DNA of 64,000 nt from a virus (IMGVR_UViG_3300021399_000154:5547-69546); one strand, 5' to 3'; counted from the first letter of the stretch, positions 30,801-46,400 are shown. A program made the numbers and translations. The notes: generated by a model from the letters alone, not told the origin.

Positions 30801-33800
30801 TATGGCTGAAATATTAGAAGCCTTTGGTGCTGAAGTTCGAGATGGGATTTTATATCTATCCGACCGCGCCGCCGCTCAATTACCATATATTACATAGTTA
30901 TTAGTAAATAGTAGTGGATTATATCAAACTAGCCAAGGTAATACTTTAATTGCTAATGCCCGTAAGCAAGCCCGTGAAAGTAGTGTAGATAATTTATATC
31001 TTGATATTCTTAAATCTCGTGAATCTTTAAACGAAGATAATTTATTAGCTATTGCCCAAATGTTTGGAGTAACTTATGATTCTGTTGCTAATTGGCTTGA
31101 AGCCGCAAAGCAAGGTGATGGTACTTATAAGTTAAGTGTAGCTGATGTTGAAGCTTTATTTGAGGGTAGAGGTTTAAGTGATGCTACTAAAGAATTTGCA
31201 AAAGAATTAATTGGTAGCACAATTGATAATACAATTTCTTCTTTATCTGGCATATCAACTAAAGTATTTAATACTAGCTAGATGCAAGCAACTGTTAAAG
31301 ACTTAAATAGTAAAGTAAAAGATGCATCATTTAAGACCTCTGATTTATTTGAATTTAATAAATAGTTAGGTGGCTACGTATTAACGACTAAAGGAGTTTA
31401 TGCTCAATTTAAGATTGCCGCGGCTGAAGCTGCAAAAGCTGGACCAGAAGCGCAACGAATGTTACTAGAGCAAGCACAAGATTTACTTGGTGATATTAGT
31501 ATTACAGAATTAATAACGAGTTTACAGCAAGGAAATCGTAGTGAACAATATGCTACTAAAAGAGCATTTAAATAGGCTATTGATAAATATAATGCGGCGA
31601 TGCAAGCTTTAGGACGAGATGGTTTAGATTCTAATATACTATTATAGAATTTAGAGCAAGGCGGTTAGCAAGCTTTAGCTGCTGCTCGAGTTATTGCCCG
31701 TGCGCAAGGTAAAAAATTATCTGATTCAGATGTAACAACTATTTATCAAAGCCGCGTTAATCAATTAATGCAAGCAAGTGATTAGTTATTAAATGCTGGC
31801 GTAGGTGATGTTATTTCTTCTACTGCGGCTGATATACTTGGCTATGCTGAATTTGGTAGTCAACGTTTAGAGGCAGGTGGTGCTGCAGTATTAGAATCTG
31901 CCGATGATTTAATTGAAGCATATTCTAAATTGTATGACGAGTTAGAACACTCTGGAGTTGCTACTCTTGCTCAACTTAACCAAACGATGTCAAGGAAATT
32001 AGCTAAGACATATGATAAATAGCATGGCATTAATGGTGTTGACTATTTAAGTAAAGCTGCGAGTTTAACTTATGAAGAATTTGGTGAAATGTTTACTGCG
32101 GCCGGTGTGAAATTAACTGACACTATGTTTGAAGATTTAGTACGTGGAGGTATTATTGATCAAATTGGTGGTGGTGCTCTCCGCATTAATGATTTTGATT
32201 ATATTGCTAAATCATTAGGCATTGAACAAGGTTCATAGGCATATACTAAAGCATTTAAAGCATATAACGATAGTTTAATTGAATTAGATAATTAGGTTAC
32301 TAATAATATATTAGATGAAGTTAAAAGTATTGCAAATGTACAAGCTGGAAAGAAAACTAAAGTTAATTTAACACAATTATATACTGAATTTGATGATCTG
32401 GCGCGTGCTGAATTAAATTCTCGGATGGAGCAATATGGTGGTGTATTAGTTAATGGTATCTTAACTATTCATGATGATGCTAATATTCCGGCTTTAATAC
32501 AATCTATTATGGTTGTTGCACAAAAGAATAGCATATTAATGGAAAGTGAATTAGCAGAACTTGCGGATACATTAAATGAAATTATTAAATCTTACGCTGA
32601 TACAATTGCTAAAGCTTTATCCGGTGGATTAACTAATAGCGAAGCCGCGACTTTAACAGCTCAAGCTAAAAATTGGTTTGGCATTGATATTAATTTTACT
32701 AAAACTTATGATGGTTTAAAATTAAGTACAGATCAAGCGAACCATTTATATCAGAGTTTAAAATCAGTTGACGCCGCGGCAGCAAATATTGTTTTTGAAC
32801 CGTTAAAAGAATCTTTAACTGGTGCGAATGAATCTCTTTCTAGTGCTAGTGGATTAGCTGCGGCCATTAGTAAAGCAGAAGGGCAATTAGCCGATGCAGC
32901 AGAAGGTACTAATCAAGTGCTTCAAGAACGGATAGCTTTATATAAAGAAATTCAAGTTGCTCAAATGGACTCTGCAGAATCTTATAATTTTATGGGCCGT
33001 TCATTACCGTAGGGAATGCAAGGCGTTAAGAATTATTGGGATTCTTGGGGTACTGCTTTTAAGACCTTAAATGAAATTGCAAATGGACAAAATAAAGAAT
33101 TAAAAGATGGAGAAACTCGTGAGCTGCCAACTATAGAAATCTAGGATTTCTACAATATGGTTACTGAGATGAATAATCTCGCGGCTATGAGTGGCGAAAT
33201 TGAATTCTTAGGCTATAAACTTGATGGTAGTTTAGAATCTGCTTCTAAATTAATTAATGCAGGCTTATCAGCAATTAGTAATGTCGATGGTGAAGGCGCT
33301 AAAATTAATTTAACTAATTTTGGTATTGATTTTAGTACTGGTGCCGCAGGAATGGGTACTAATATTCATGAAGGCATTCAATAGATGGCTAAATCGCAAA
33401 TCGAAATGCTTGACGGTTTAATTCAATTCTTAGAGGCTGTAGTTGCAATGGAATAGCTTGGATAGTTAGACACTGATTTAAGTGGTACATTTAAATTTGG
33501 TGAGCTATTTGATTGGACTGGTGATTTAAAAGACCACGCAATTGCAAATGAACAAGCTGCGACAGAAGCGGCTAAAGTAATTGAAAAAGCTAATAAGTAG
33601 GGGAATGAAGAATTAAAACATTCATTATAGTAGACTAAAATTAATGGTATCTCTCTTTATCAAATGCTCCAAGATTTAGCTAACCGAACTGAGTTAACTG
33701 CAGAACAAGCTAATCTATATACAACGGCATTATCAACATTATATCAGCAATTAGCATCTGGTCAATTTGATCCTAATAAATTAGGTGAGTCTGTTCTGTA

Positions 33801-36800
33801 GGCCATGAAGGCTTCTCAAGTTCCATTAGAATTACAACTTGGTGATAAGAAAGTACTTATTGGCCAAGGAGTACAGTTAGAATGGGATGAAAAGAACTCA
33901 TAGTGGCTCGCTCCCGATGGGACACCTTTAGGAAGTGATGGACCTGCAGCGATAGCGAAATGGAATGCAAAACGTGATGCTGAAACATTGTCAGCTATGC
34001 TTACTGGTAAAACTGGTGATATGTCTATTACATTAGATGATAGAGTTATTACAGTTACACAAGGTTTAGCACTAGTAGCTGGTGATCATGGATTATTCTA
34101 TGTAAATGGTGATTATTATAATACACCAGAACAAGCTTCTGCGGCGCTCGCAGAGGGTCAGCAATTTAATCTTTAGCAAGATTTAGCGCATTCTGTATAT
34201 TGGAAGACAACAAATGCGCAAGGCGACCCCATTGATCTGGTAAGTCTTCAAGGCTATACTGCTGAAATCAAAATGGAAGGTGGAAAAGAGCATTGGATTG
34301 ATACAAAGAGTGGTCGTTCTTATGATTCTGAATAGGAATGGTATAGCGGAGAAACACTTCAGCGTAAGCTTAATTTTGGTAAATTAACTGGCGAAGATTT
34401 TAAACATGATAAAGATACTGGCATTTCTACAGTCACTATTCCATATGGATATGGGATTACTGTAGAAATGACGGAAACTGGTGAGTTAACTTATATAGTT
34501 AATGGTCAATCATATAGCTCAAGAAATGAAGCTATACGTGCGGCAACAGAAAATGCACAAAATTATTTTTCTGAGACAAATTCGTACTTATTTGGAACTA
34601 AGAATAATTTTCTTTCACGCGCACGGATGCCTATACTTAGAGAGCAACAATTACAAATAGCAGAGCAATTTGGTTTAATTATTAAATTAAAAAATGATCC
34701 TCAAGGAAATCAATATCAAATTGGTGATAAAAAATATAAAAATGAAGAAGAAGCTATACTAGGATTAGCAGATAAAATATTTGATGAAAATGGTAAGGTA
34801 CGCAGTGATGCTGAATTAACTGCTTCTGCTCAAGTTACTACTAATGTTAAAGTACAAAATACAATTAAAATTTCTAATCAAAAAGAGCTATAGAAGTTAA
34901 CGGCATCTCAGATGCAACAAGCGATGGACGCAGTATTAAAGAGTCAGACTCATGGAGAGTTACAATCAAATCTAAAAGGTTTGGGGTTCTCAGTTCCATT
35001 AGATTTTGATTGGGAAGTCCAAGGTGGAGATGCTGCCTTAACGCAAAGTGAAATGGCTCAAATTATATCTTTATTAGGCGGTTCTTATGAATCAAAAGCA
35101 CTTTCTTTAAGTGCGACATTTGATGGTACTAATGGTGATAAATTAGCTAAACTTCTAGAAGAAAGCGGTATTGATGTTAAAGTTAATTTAGATATTGATG
35201 ATACTGAAATGCAATCTTTCTTTGAGCGTTTAAAAGAACTCCTTGACTTAAAACTTGACATTACTGACCCCACTTTTGGTCTACCTATGTAGTCAACTAC
35301 TACTTATGATGGTTCACTTGGAGATTTAAGTAGTGATCTAGCGTCCGCAACACACTCTGCTTCAGAACTCAGCGCAGCAATTAATTCAATTATTGAATCT
35401 GTTGCCGCATATCCAGCAGATAGTGCAACTAAGGTTAATAATTTCAATACTTCTGTTAATAATGCCGGAGCAGCAAGCGCAAGTGCTGGTACCGCGGTTT
35501 CTGCTGCAGGCAATAGAGCAGCAGCCGCAGCGAGAAATGCAGCGAGCGCTCTAAATTCTATTAAGAGCAAAGACATTGATATTAATCTTAACATCGCAGT
35601 TAAATCAGGTGATAATAAAGTTACAGGCACTATAGCAGGAAAACCAGTTAGTTCTAACGGTTCTGTTAAAGTTGCTCTTACTAGCGCAAAAGGTAATGCT
35701 CTTGCGGCTGGTAAAACACTTATGGGTGAACTTGGTCCTGAACTTGTTGTTTCCAATGGTCGCTATTTTGTTGTTGGACAAAATGGCGCAGAGATGGTAA
35801 ATCTCGCACCTGATGCTATTGTATTTAATCATTTACAAACATAGCAACTTCTTAAGAATAAGCGCGCTGGACGCGGTACTCCCGCAACAAATGAGCGTAA
35901 TGCAGTAGCATATGCTAAAGGTAGCGGTCCTGCGTTAGCGAGTGCTTCTGAGGCTTTAGCTACATTAAAGCAAATTCGTACTATGTGGCAGAGTATGCTT
36001 AATGCTTCAATGAAAGACCTTGGCGCTATGGCTGGACTTGATAAAGGTAGCAGTGGCGGAGGAGGCGGTGGTGGCGGTCAAGACCCTGAACAGATTAAAG
36101 CCGTCATTGAAGAAATTGAACGTTGGTATAACTTATTGCGGCAGATTGATAAATTAGAAAAGGATATTACTTATCAAGAAAGCTTACAAGCTAAGATTGA
36201 AAGTGATAGAATTGCTAATGGTCAAGCGCTGTATCGTAGTTACAAAGAAGAACTTAAAGCTTTAGATGGTTAGATTATTCGTAATCAACAATTAGCTGAG
36301 TTACAAAAGAGTTGGTACGAACGTAAGCGTGATGAATTTACTAATTCTGATTATGGTAAAATTTTTACTTATGATGAGAATGGTTTATTACAATTACAGG
36401 ATGGCCGTAATTTAGGTTTAGACGCACTTGAAAAATTAACTGCTCGTGGAATCTATGGGCAAACAAGTGGTTAGTCTTTAAATGCGAAAGCGCAAATTGA
36501 ATACTTAAAGTCTATTGGCTTTAATACTTAGAACTTAAAATATAATGATGATGGTACAACAATTGATGCTTCTTCTAAAGATTATAAAGACAATCCTGAT
36601 CAAATCTATGAAGATATGATGCAGAATTTCTGGGATAATCTTGATGGTTGGAAGGATGAATTGGATAGTATTTATGATAGTTATCATGATCAACTTAATA
36701 ATGTTTTAAGTAATGAGACTAAGAGAAACCAGTTATTACAGAAGATTATTGACAATCAGTTATCTGTTGAGCAAGATGTCTTAAAAGCAATTGAATCTCG

Positions 36801-38232
36801 TGAACAAAAACTAATTGATGAATTACAAGATGAGCGCGATGCGTTTGATAAGAGTAATAAAGATTTCTTAGATGGTCTAAATGACCAGCTAAATCAGTAG
36901 AAGCAAATGTATCAGAATCAAGAAAGTGAAAAGGAATTAGTGAAGCTGCGGCGGCAATTAGCTATTCTTCAACGTTCTGGTGGTTCTGGCTCTCAAATTC
37001 GTAGTTTACAAGATCAGATTGCGGCTAAGGAACAAGACCAATACTTTACTGCGCAATAGCAACAAATTGCTAATATTCAGAAAGCGGCAGACCTGCAAAT
37101 TAAGCGTATGGATTCACAAATTGAATTAATGACACAGACTCTTGAATATCAAAAATAGCATGGTTTACTATGGCAAGAAGTCTATGAAGTTATGGCCGCA
37201 ACTCCTGAACAGATTCGTCAATTTATTATGGAAAATACTCCTGACTTCCAAAGCGCTTCTGCATTAGATGTTGCATAGAAGATAAGGGATATTGATCTAC
37301 GGATTAACGAATGGGTGGCTTATCGTGATGACCAAGATTCACCAACTATGGATAATATGTTCTATGATTGGGATTCTTATATGAAAGCTAGGTCTGGCAG
37401 GATGGGCGATGCTTGGAGTGATGAATTAGCTGCACAAGCAAAATCTGTATTTGATGAATGGTTACAAAAGACTGGTGACATTAATTTAGCTGGAGATAAG
37501 GCTGATGAGATATTACAAGAAGCTTGGAAGAAATTCCATCCAGATGATAAGCCAATTGATTTTGATACCGAAGGAACAGATACAACAGCGCAAGAAGAGA
37601 AAAAACAACAACAATATTATAAGACTTATAGTTCTGATCATAATACTGCTTATCAGGATTGGTTAAACTCTAGACAAAAAGAAAATAATGATAAAAAAGA
37701 TATAGAAAAAAATGAAGATACTGTGCGAAGGTTAATTGCTAAAGCAGGTGGACCAGGAAGAGTAGTGAATTTACCATCTAGTGAAAAAACTCAGTTCAAT
37801 AAGGCTTTAAATGCATTACCGGATTAGTTACGCAAAAAATATGACCCCAAAGCATTTAAACCAATACCATATGCGTCCGGCGGCATGGTAGATTATACTG
37901 GCCCTGCTTGGGTGGATGGTACACCTGAACGTCCTGAAGCTTTCCTTGACCCTGATACAACACGCTTAGTGCGCCAAGACTTACTTGGTCGTTCCAATTC
38001 TTTGTTATCCTTTGCTCGAGATATGGTGCAGCAATTACATGGAGCTTCTTATAGTCTCGATACTAATAATGTAACAGAACAGAATGGTTTAAATATTGAG
38101 AAAATAGATGTCAATGTTAAAGTTGATAAAGTAGCTAACGATTATGATGCTCGCGCGATGGGTAATACAGTTATGAATGAAATTCTTTCTATTGCCCGAA
38201 AGAGCGGAACTCGTGGACTTAGCAGGAGGTAA
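18825..38232 (+). CDS. Giant tape measure protein, join(18825..20564,21751..38232), ~6,070 aa, many TAG
   Basis: All plus-strand ORF-track fragments from 21748 to 37885 share one frame; TP901-type motifs (LDKTIT, YYQQG|LQT, TR*APENIG, AGNRQQSRFLAL); C-terminal GELGPE and YASGG motifs; not every codon was checked by hand. Confidence 0.85.
20576..20604 (+). promoter_or_regulatory. sigmaA promoter inside the intron, driving the HNH gene
   Basis: TTGACT-17-TATAAT with extended TG. Confidence 0.85.
20644..21465 (+). CDS. Intron-encoded homing endonuclease (273 aa): two HNH domains plus NUMOD1-like domain; 6 TAG
   Basis: VHRLVA*AF...VHHKDNN...N...NLEW; IHRLVYETF...VDHIDGN..NN...NL; C-terminal PVLQFDKQGNFI...CKGYKW; ends TAG TAA. 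Confidence 0.85.
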
Positions 38233-38239
38233 AGGATAA

Positions 38240-41200
38240 ATGGCAACACAATATATGGATTATGGTATCATTTATAATCCAAATGGGAATAATACATTCC
38301 CTAATATAGAAGTTGATACCACAAAACATGGACAAGTTTATTATAATACGCATGAAGGAGAGGGCTAGTCCCTCTCCTTCACTGATAAAGCTTTTATAAG
38401 TTTTACATATGGTGGAAGAAAAATTGAAGATTTTAATTTAATTGCGGTGACGGTTAATGATAGATTAAATCGTGAAACTCCACCCGAGCATGAAGATTAT
38501 ACAACTGAATATAAGATGCTGCATGGGCAGTATTATTGGGGCTCTCATTATACTGCGCGCGAATTAGATATTACATTAGCCACTGATGGGATGTCACAAA
38601 ATGATTTAGATGAATTTAAATATTGGTTTAGAGCCGGTGAAATTAAAGAATTAATTTTAAGTGAGCATCCTAATCGCGCGATTAAAGCACGAGTTAGAGA
38701 AGCTCCTAAAGTTTCAGTAGTTCCATTTAAACATAAATAGACTATAACAATTGGTGGTAATAGTAAATTAATTGATGTTATTGAATATAAAGGTGACATT
38801 GAATTAAATTTTGTAATGGACGAACCTTTTTGGTACGCAAAAGAAAATATCTTAGGGCATCAAGAATATGACGAATAGAGTGGGTAGATGAAAATTTTTG
38901 ACACCTGGATAGATGTGAATGGGCAGAAAAGAAATATATTATAGGCCCCAGATGCATTACGAGTAGTAGTTGAAGATAGAATTCCTACTGCGAGTATGAT
39001 ATATGATTAGACCAATTTAGCAGATAATGTACAAGTTATACCTTATAATGAAAGAAAATATACTATTGGTACTTATGAATTAGAAGGCGCGCCTATTGTT
39101 AATAATGAAAGTGGCACAGGTATAGAAAATGGTAAAAATTTTTAGTTGGATGGTGCTATTATAGGGCCACTTACAAAGCCGGTATATTAGGAAAATCAAA
39201 GGATGACAGAAATTCCAGAGAAAATGTTACTAGAGAATTATATATTAACAGAAACAGGAATGGTCAAGGAATATCAAGCTCCTGGAGACGGTACTCCTAC
39301 GTATCAATGTTTTACAACAGACACTTATTTACCAGTTAAAAAGAATTCGACAATTAAATATACAGGAACTGGTAGTGCAGGTATAATCTTAATTGCTACA
39401 TATAAATTAGAAGATGATAATTATATTTTAAATGATTATATTATATTAAATAAACAAAATGCGCTATATACAATTTCAGAGAATTGTTATATACATTTAA
39501 CTTTTTAGGTTTCAAAAAACTATACTACTATTAATACTATAAATGATGTTTGGGCGTTAAAAATATTTGAATTATAGTTGATCTTATTTTGTTAGAAAAC
39601 AGGAGCGTCACTTACCGATAAAAATAATTTACAGTATTTTTATTCAGGAAATGCACCAGCGTTACCAGAAATTAGTTTTTCTGTTCCTTTACATTTTAAT
39701 GCTGATGGTTATATTGATTCTTTTAATAATGAATATACTAGTAATACTCAATACAATACGCTTAATTTACAGGGAGAAAATGATCATAAATTAATTATGA
39801 CTAATCCAAGTGTTTTTAATTCATATAATGAAGTTATTAAATTTTTAAAAAGTGATTTAAGTAAAAAAGATATTCCTTCATTAATACAGTCATTCCGTAA
39901 TTCAATAGGACACATTGGTGTACGTAGTTGGATTATTAATTGTATTAATGTTTATTGTAATAATATTGGGACATCTTTAACTACTGTTACTTCAGATATG
40001 CAAAATGTTTTATTATCTTGGATGCCATATTTTTTTGTGAATCAAGATGATATAAATTTATAGGTCAAAGATTCTATACCATTATTACGTCATAAAACAT
40101 CTGCTGTATTAACACAAGAACCTTAGTTTAGTAGAGTTAATGAATTTACAACTCCAGATGGCACCACTATTGAAAATATTGATCCAACTTACTCACGGTT
40201 CCCAATTGGTGAAGATAAACAAATTAAAGTTAGTTAGAATGGAAAATTTGCTATTCAAGCAGATTATCCAGATTCTAATGCGGTAGTAAGTTTTTATAGA
40301 TGGCAGTATTATGATCCTGCAACAAATCAATGGCATAATTTAATATAGGAGAAAACTTAGACAAATCGTTGGTCTGGAGTAAGTGAGCAAGTGTTACGAT
40401 GTAATAGAGTTATCAAGTAGGATTATAATAGAAAATTACGTTGTATTATTAGTAATTATGCTAATTCTACGCAGGGCTTTGAGACAGAATTGACAATTAC
40501 AGAAATTAATAGTGCTTTAGATATTTCAATTAAGAGTCCAACTGAACCAAATATTACATTAAATTATGGGGAAACTAAAACGTTACAATGGCAAGTCGGA
40601 GAGGGCCAATCTTATGTTACCGACGATGAGGATTATTATCCTATAGTTTTATATAGAAATCAGTCTTCAGATTAGTGGCAGTCTTTAGGTAATGCAAACT
40701 TAAAGGAAAAGTTGGATATAAATAATTTAACTTGTACTATTAAAATAGTTGGAAATGCTATAAAAACAAATACTCAAATTACGGTAGGTTTATATAATAT
40801 TGCAACTAATTAGCGAGTAATATCAGATGATGCTATTTATACATTTACAGTTAATCGTTTAAAAATACCAGACAATTTTAAATTATGTACATGTAATGAA
40901 ACAACGATACAAAGTTTACAATAGACTGATATAACAGAATTTTATATAGGCCAAATATTAGGCTTAAAAATGACTGGATGGGAATATATAAATAAAATAG
41001 AAGCCTATCTTATTATAAATCAGAATGGATGGAACGGTGTTGAAAATGGTAGGAAGTTGATAACTAAATCAATAATAGATAATACGGTTGCTGCTTGTTT
41101 TTGGACACTAGAAAAAAGTATTCTGGGCGTACAAATTATTTTTACTGGCCCCGGTGAACAAAAAACCTATAACTTTGAACGTTTTATTACGGCATCGGAG

Positions 41201-43405
41201 GCTCCTAAGGATGTTGAAGAATGGCAACAAAAAACAATTACATTATTAGATGGTTATCCTCGATATGATAATAGTGATGGATTTAGTATGTCATATACAG
41301 AATACAGATCTGAAACAAAAGTAAATAATGGCAAAAAATTTAAATTTTATGTAGGTTATAGTAAAAGTAGTGATTCTATTTTAATTACATATGATTGGCA
41401 ATATAAAAGTAAGCCAGAAGATAGTTTCACATCTATTAATATTTCCTCTGAGACATATACGATAAGCCAAGAAGAAGCAACGGACTCCAATTGTTCTACT
41501 TTAGAAATTCATAAGTATGATTCTACTACTGCAGGATATTATCGTTGTGTGGCTTCTATCACTGAATACTATTCTGGGCAGGCTAATCCATCTCCGGATC
41601 CACATTATAAAGGAAATATTACAATAGAAAATGCTTATTGTACATTGACAATTATATAGAAACCATCTATTCAATACATAAGTGGTAAAATATAGCCAAA
41701 TACAATAGCTTATTATAGTGTGGAGCAGCAATTTTTAAAGCCTTCCAATACTACCTTATAGAATATTACATCATGGAATATGTCATATAGAGTATCTGGA
41801 GATTGGGAAACGATACAATGGCAATATCAAACAAAGGACGCATCAACAAATGAATGGGAATAGACATGGCATGATTGTCTAGTAGACGGTGCAACAATAA
41901 ACAGAACAGAAGTAGAGGTAGGAGAAAATGGGTATGAGACAGAATTTTCTGTCACGGCTGCTTCTTCTCAAGCTTTAAATCAAATATTTCTTACTAAAAA
42001 ATATCGGGGTATAGTTTCAGATATTATAGGATAGGAAGAAATAATACCCAATGATATAATAACATTTAATGTTAAGCAAGAAACATCATATATTACTGAC
42101 TTGCGATCGACTTATATCGAGCCAAATTGCAAATGTACATGGAATTGGCCATTAAGTCCCGCAGTTTATAATAATAGCTGGCAAGCAGTAACATAGGGGT
42201 CATCAGAGACTGATTTTTCAAAATTAACAAAATATGCCATGACAAATTAGATTCAATATGGTTTTAATTATAACTTAGAATCTGATTTAATTGTTTTTAC
42301 AGGAACGCCTTTTAAAGAAAGTAAAGTAGACACTTAGGGAAAAACTATTACAAAGAGTAATGTGTATAGCCTTGCGAATAAACATGGATATAGCCGTTCT
42401 GGAAGTAATGGATCTGCTTATGGGTGTGCATGGTTATATTGCCAAAATGATAACCAATATCAAACTATATTAACAATTCCTTGTTCAATCTATGAAATTA
42501 CAGAGCTATCATTAACATTTTACCAAGCAGCTATTTCTGACTTTGAGTTTAATTTCCGGTTAAAACAAAGCACACAAACAGAGAATATATTAGTAAATAG
42601 ATCAGTTGATGGCAACGATAGTAATATGAAAATGGCTACTTTTAATTTTTCGTAGTGGGCATCAACTATAATCAATACAGATGAAGATATATAGTTACAA
42701 GTATTAATGTATTATAAAAAGAATTATTGGCCTGGCGGAAATAGTAGTAGTAATGCACAAAACATCGGACATTATGCTCCAGGGAAAAAATTAGAGAATG
42801 GACAATATGTACTTGATACAGATCAACTGGCAAGTTTCCCAAATGAATTTAACAACAAATATTTCTCGAATAGAATGCCAAAACTTAAGGACGGCTAGGC
42901 TAAGATAACTGGTATTAGTTTTATAGGACGACGGAAACCACAAACAACATTTTCTAATAGTATATTTACTACTAGTAATGTTTCTCCTCGCTCGACATAT
43001 AGATCCATATTATCAAGTACAAATTCTTCTCCAGGTTTATCTCCTTTACAACGTCCTAGTATACACCAGAGCAATAATTATCTTTTTAATTGTGCCACTG
43101 GTGAATATGAAATGGATATTCATTATAATGAAATTAAATGGCCTAATGGATTATTTACTGATAAGGAACAGCATATATGTTATTTTACTAATTTACGTTT
43201 TGGATAGTCGAATTAGAAGCATGAATCCGCTGGCGATATGATTCTTTCTAATAATTTAGTATTTGAATAGCAAAATCATTTTAGCGCAGATAATACTATA
43301 CAACCTTGGTCAGAAGATGATAAAACATTATCGCATAAATTAACTTATGATGGAGACATCCCATTATAGAATTTTAAATTAACATATACAAATTATTATT
43401 TATAA
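38240..43405 (+). CDS. Distal tail protein (evolved Dit, ~1,721 aa) with inserted Ig-like domains
   Basis: Follows the tape measure; N-terminal FISFTYGG...LILSEHPNR...F...EPFWYA; Ig-like YRWQY...LRC segments; one frame broken only by TAG. Confidence 0.75.
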
Positions 43406-43423
43406 TAAGGAGGAAAAGGCGTA

Positions 43424-46400
43424 ATGATTCAGCGGCGAACTAGAGATTATGAAGTTTCGTTATGGAGTCTTCAGGATAGCTTAATAGCTATCCTGAAGCA
43501 GTATGGTTTAGAGTTTAAAGGACAAATTGAAGAAGGCAAATTAACTGATAAAGATGATGGTACACAGACTTTTTCATTCAAAATTCCAATGTATTACTAT
43601 AAAGATGGAGAGAAAATTGAAAATCCTAGCTGGTATAATGTTGCTTCTGGAAAGTTAATTGCTAATATGAGGAAAGTAAAAGTTATCTTTAATAAAGATG
43701 ATTTATAGAATAGAAAAATTTATGAATTTTTAATTGTTAAAGTTAGTGAGTAGCATAATGATGATAATAGTTTATATTGTTCTGTAGAGTGTGAAGGATT
43801 AGCATTCCATGAGCTTGGAAAAATTGGATATAAAATTTCTTTATCTCCAGAAGATTTTTATAATGATGACTATGATTATGCTACTAATAATAAATGGGTT
43901 GATAGTACTGGGAAATTGAGATATGATAAACCATTAGCTACTTTAAACTATTGGAATGATCGTGTATTTAGTACTATTAATAATTGGTCATATGAAATTC
44001 AGATGAATTGGGACGCATATTCATTATAGCATCAAGTTCAATAGGGTGTATTAACAGACTATACTATAGAAAATGATAAAATAGAATTTACACAAAAAAG
44101 ATAGTCTAATAAAGTTTATGAAGAAGATTTCGTTGACTCTTGGGATTTAGTAGATAACAAATTATAGCCAATGCATATAACATACGCGCGCGAAAAAGCA
44201 CGTGTGTCAGTAGATATTAAAGAAAGTAATATATACAATATTACACAAACTTTAGCTGAAACATTTGGAGTTTTTTGTAGATATGAATATTAGTATAATT
44301 AGAATTGTCAAATTGTTAAACGAAAAGTAGTGTATTATAATAATTTTTTGAATGAAGCTTAGGGGACTATTGATATTAGTTATCCTTATCAGACTTCTTC
44401 TATTAAGCGTAATATTGATAGTACAGATTTAGTTACAAAGTTATTTGTAAAAAGTGTTGATGACCCTAACTCTGGCGCTCTTAGCATTATTGATGTTGGC
44501 GCGAATGATATGGGAGAAGATTATATACTTAATTTCGATTATTTACATGAGATTGGCGGCATTACAGATGAACAATATGCGGCAATTGAAGAATATAAAG
44601 TAAAAATAAAGAGATTAAATCAAGAAATTGCACCTGTTTCTGCCAAGGTAATATCATTACAATCACAATTAGTGAAGTTAGAAGCCGAGCTAACTACAAG
44701 GAAAAATGCTATTGCGCAGGATACGGAACAACTATTATCTAATAATGCATTACTAGATGCTATTACTAATGGTAATGATGTTCTATCTGTTAGTAAAGAA
44801 AATCCTCAGACAGCAACTTTATTAGAAGATACAAGTGATACTGCAAATCATAGTTATTATATTAAAATAACTCAACAAGGAGTTTATCCAGAGACAATTC
44901 AATTATATAGAACATATAGGTATCAAACACAAACATTATTATAGCCTTTAACTACAGGAGAAATAGTTTTTGATGATATGGGTGAAGTAGTACGCATTAA
45001 AAATTTATATCCTGGTAGTAATGATGTTAAGACAGTATATATTACTTATAATTATCGTCCTAAGCTATATTATGAACGTGTAGTTGCCGTATGGCAAGAT
45101 CGCTTAAATAATGATACGGTGCAAAGAGATATTTTAGCTAATAAAATCGCGCAAATAAAATATAGTTTATATGGTGAAGATCAAGTTTCACAAGAAGAAT
45201 TGAAAAACATGGATGTGACTAATTTATCTGATTTAAGAATATATGATAAATATCAGAGTTTATTACAGGAAAAACAGGATACAATTAAATAGTTTAATGC
45301 TATGATGGGACCTGCTCTTCGTGAAGGATACTGGCAGCCGGAAAATTATAATGACTATGGTGATCAATACAATGATCGTTTTAATATATCATTAAGTTCT
45401 ATTCCTGATTAGGGCAGTACTGGAAATACTGTATTTAAATGGGATGATGAATTATTTGAAGGTGAACAAGATATATTTTATCAAATTAGTGCCGCAGAAT
45501 ATGACCAAGCATATCCTTGTATTGATTTAACTACACCTACTGGTAAGCAAATTTTAAAATTAATTACTACTTCAGAGACTCCAATCAGTTATATTTATAC
45601 GCCACGAATGGTTAGTGAAGATCAGAAAGAACCGAAAGAAGAAGCGAAAATTAATGGTATGCTAGAGGAATTAATATATATTCCTGGATTGATAGATAGT
45701 AAATGGAATGAATTATCAACAATTACAGGTAATGATACAACATTACATAATGCGCTACTCGCACAATGGAAAAGTAATTATCTTAGTAAGATAAATGCTT
45801 CCATAGCTAGTGATACTTGGGGACATGGATATACTAGTTTTAGTTACCATTTATTAAGTAGTACAGCTAAAGATACAGACGATGGTGAATTATTACTCAC
45901 TTATTCACCAAATAAATAGCGTACTGGCCACAAAATTGATAATTATTCAGAATGGTTTCGACTACAATATAACGATCCCACTACTTATCAGAGCCCATAC
46001 GCTGAATTTAATTCTGAATTGCCATAGGATATTAAGGGCAAACCTTTTAAAATAAGATTAACGGCAAGTAATGGATATAATACACCAGCACCATATGCAG
46101 TAACTACTGTTCGACCAATAATAGATGAATATACAATTTCACGCGTGGAAACACAGAATCGTAAATCTACTATTTTAGTAGGTAATAAAGATAAAGAAGA
46201 AACTAAAGTTTAGTGTAAATATAATATAACGTCTAATATAGAATAGCTTGATTTATCGGCTAATTTATATACATGGATTATTAAACAAGGTAAAAATGAT
46301 AATCAGCCATTAAAAATATCTCATATTTATCCTTTAACCTAGACAACAAAAAACGTTTTAATTAATAATACATCTGTTCCATTTTCATTTAGTGCAACAA

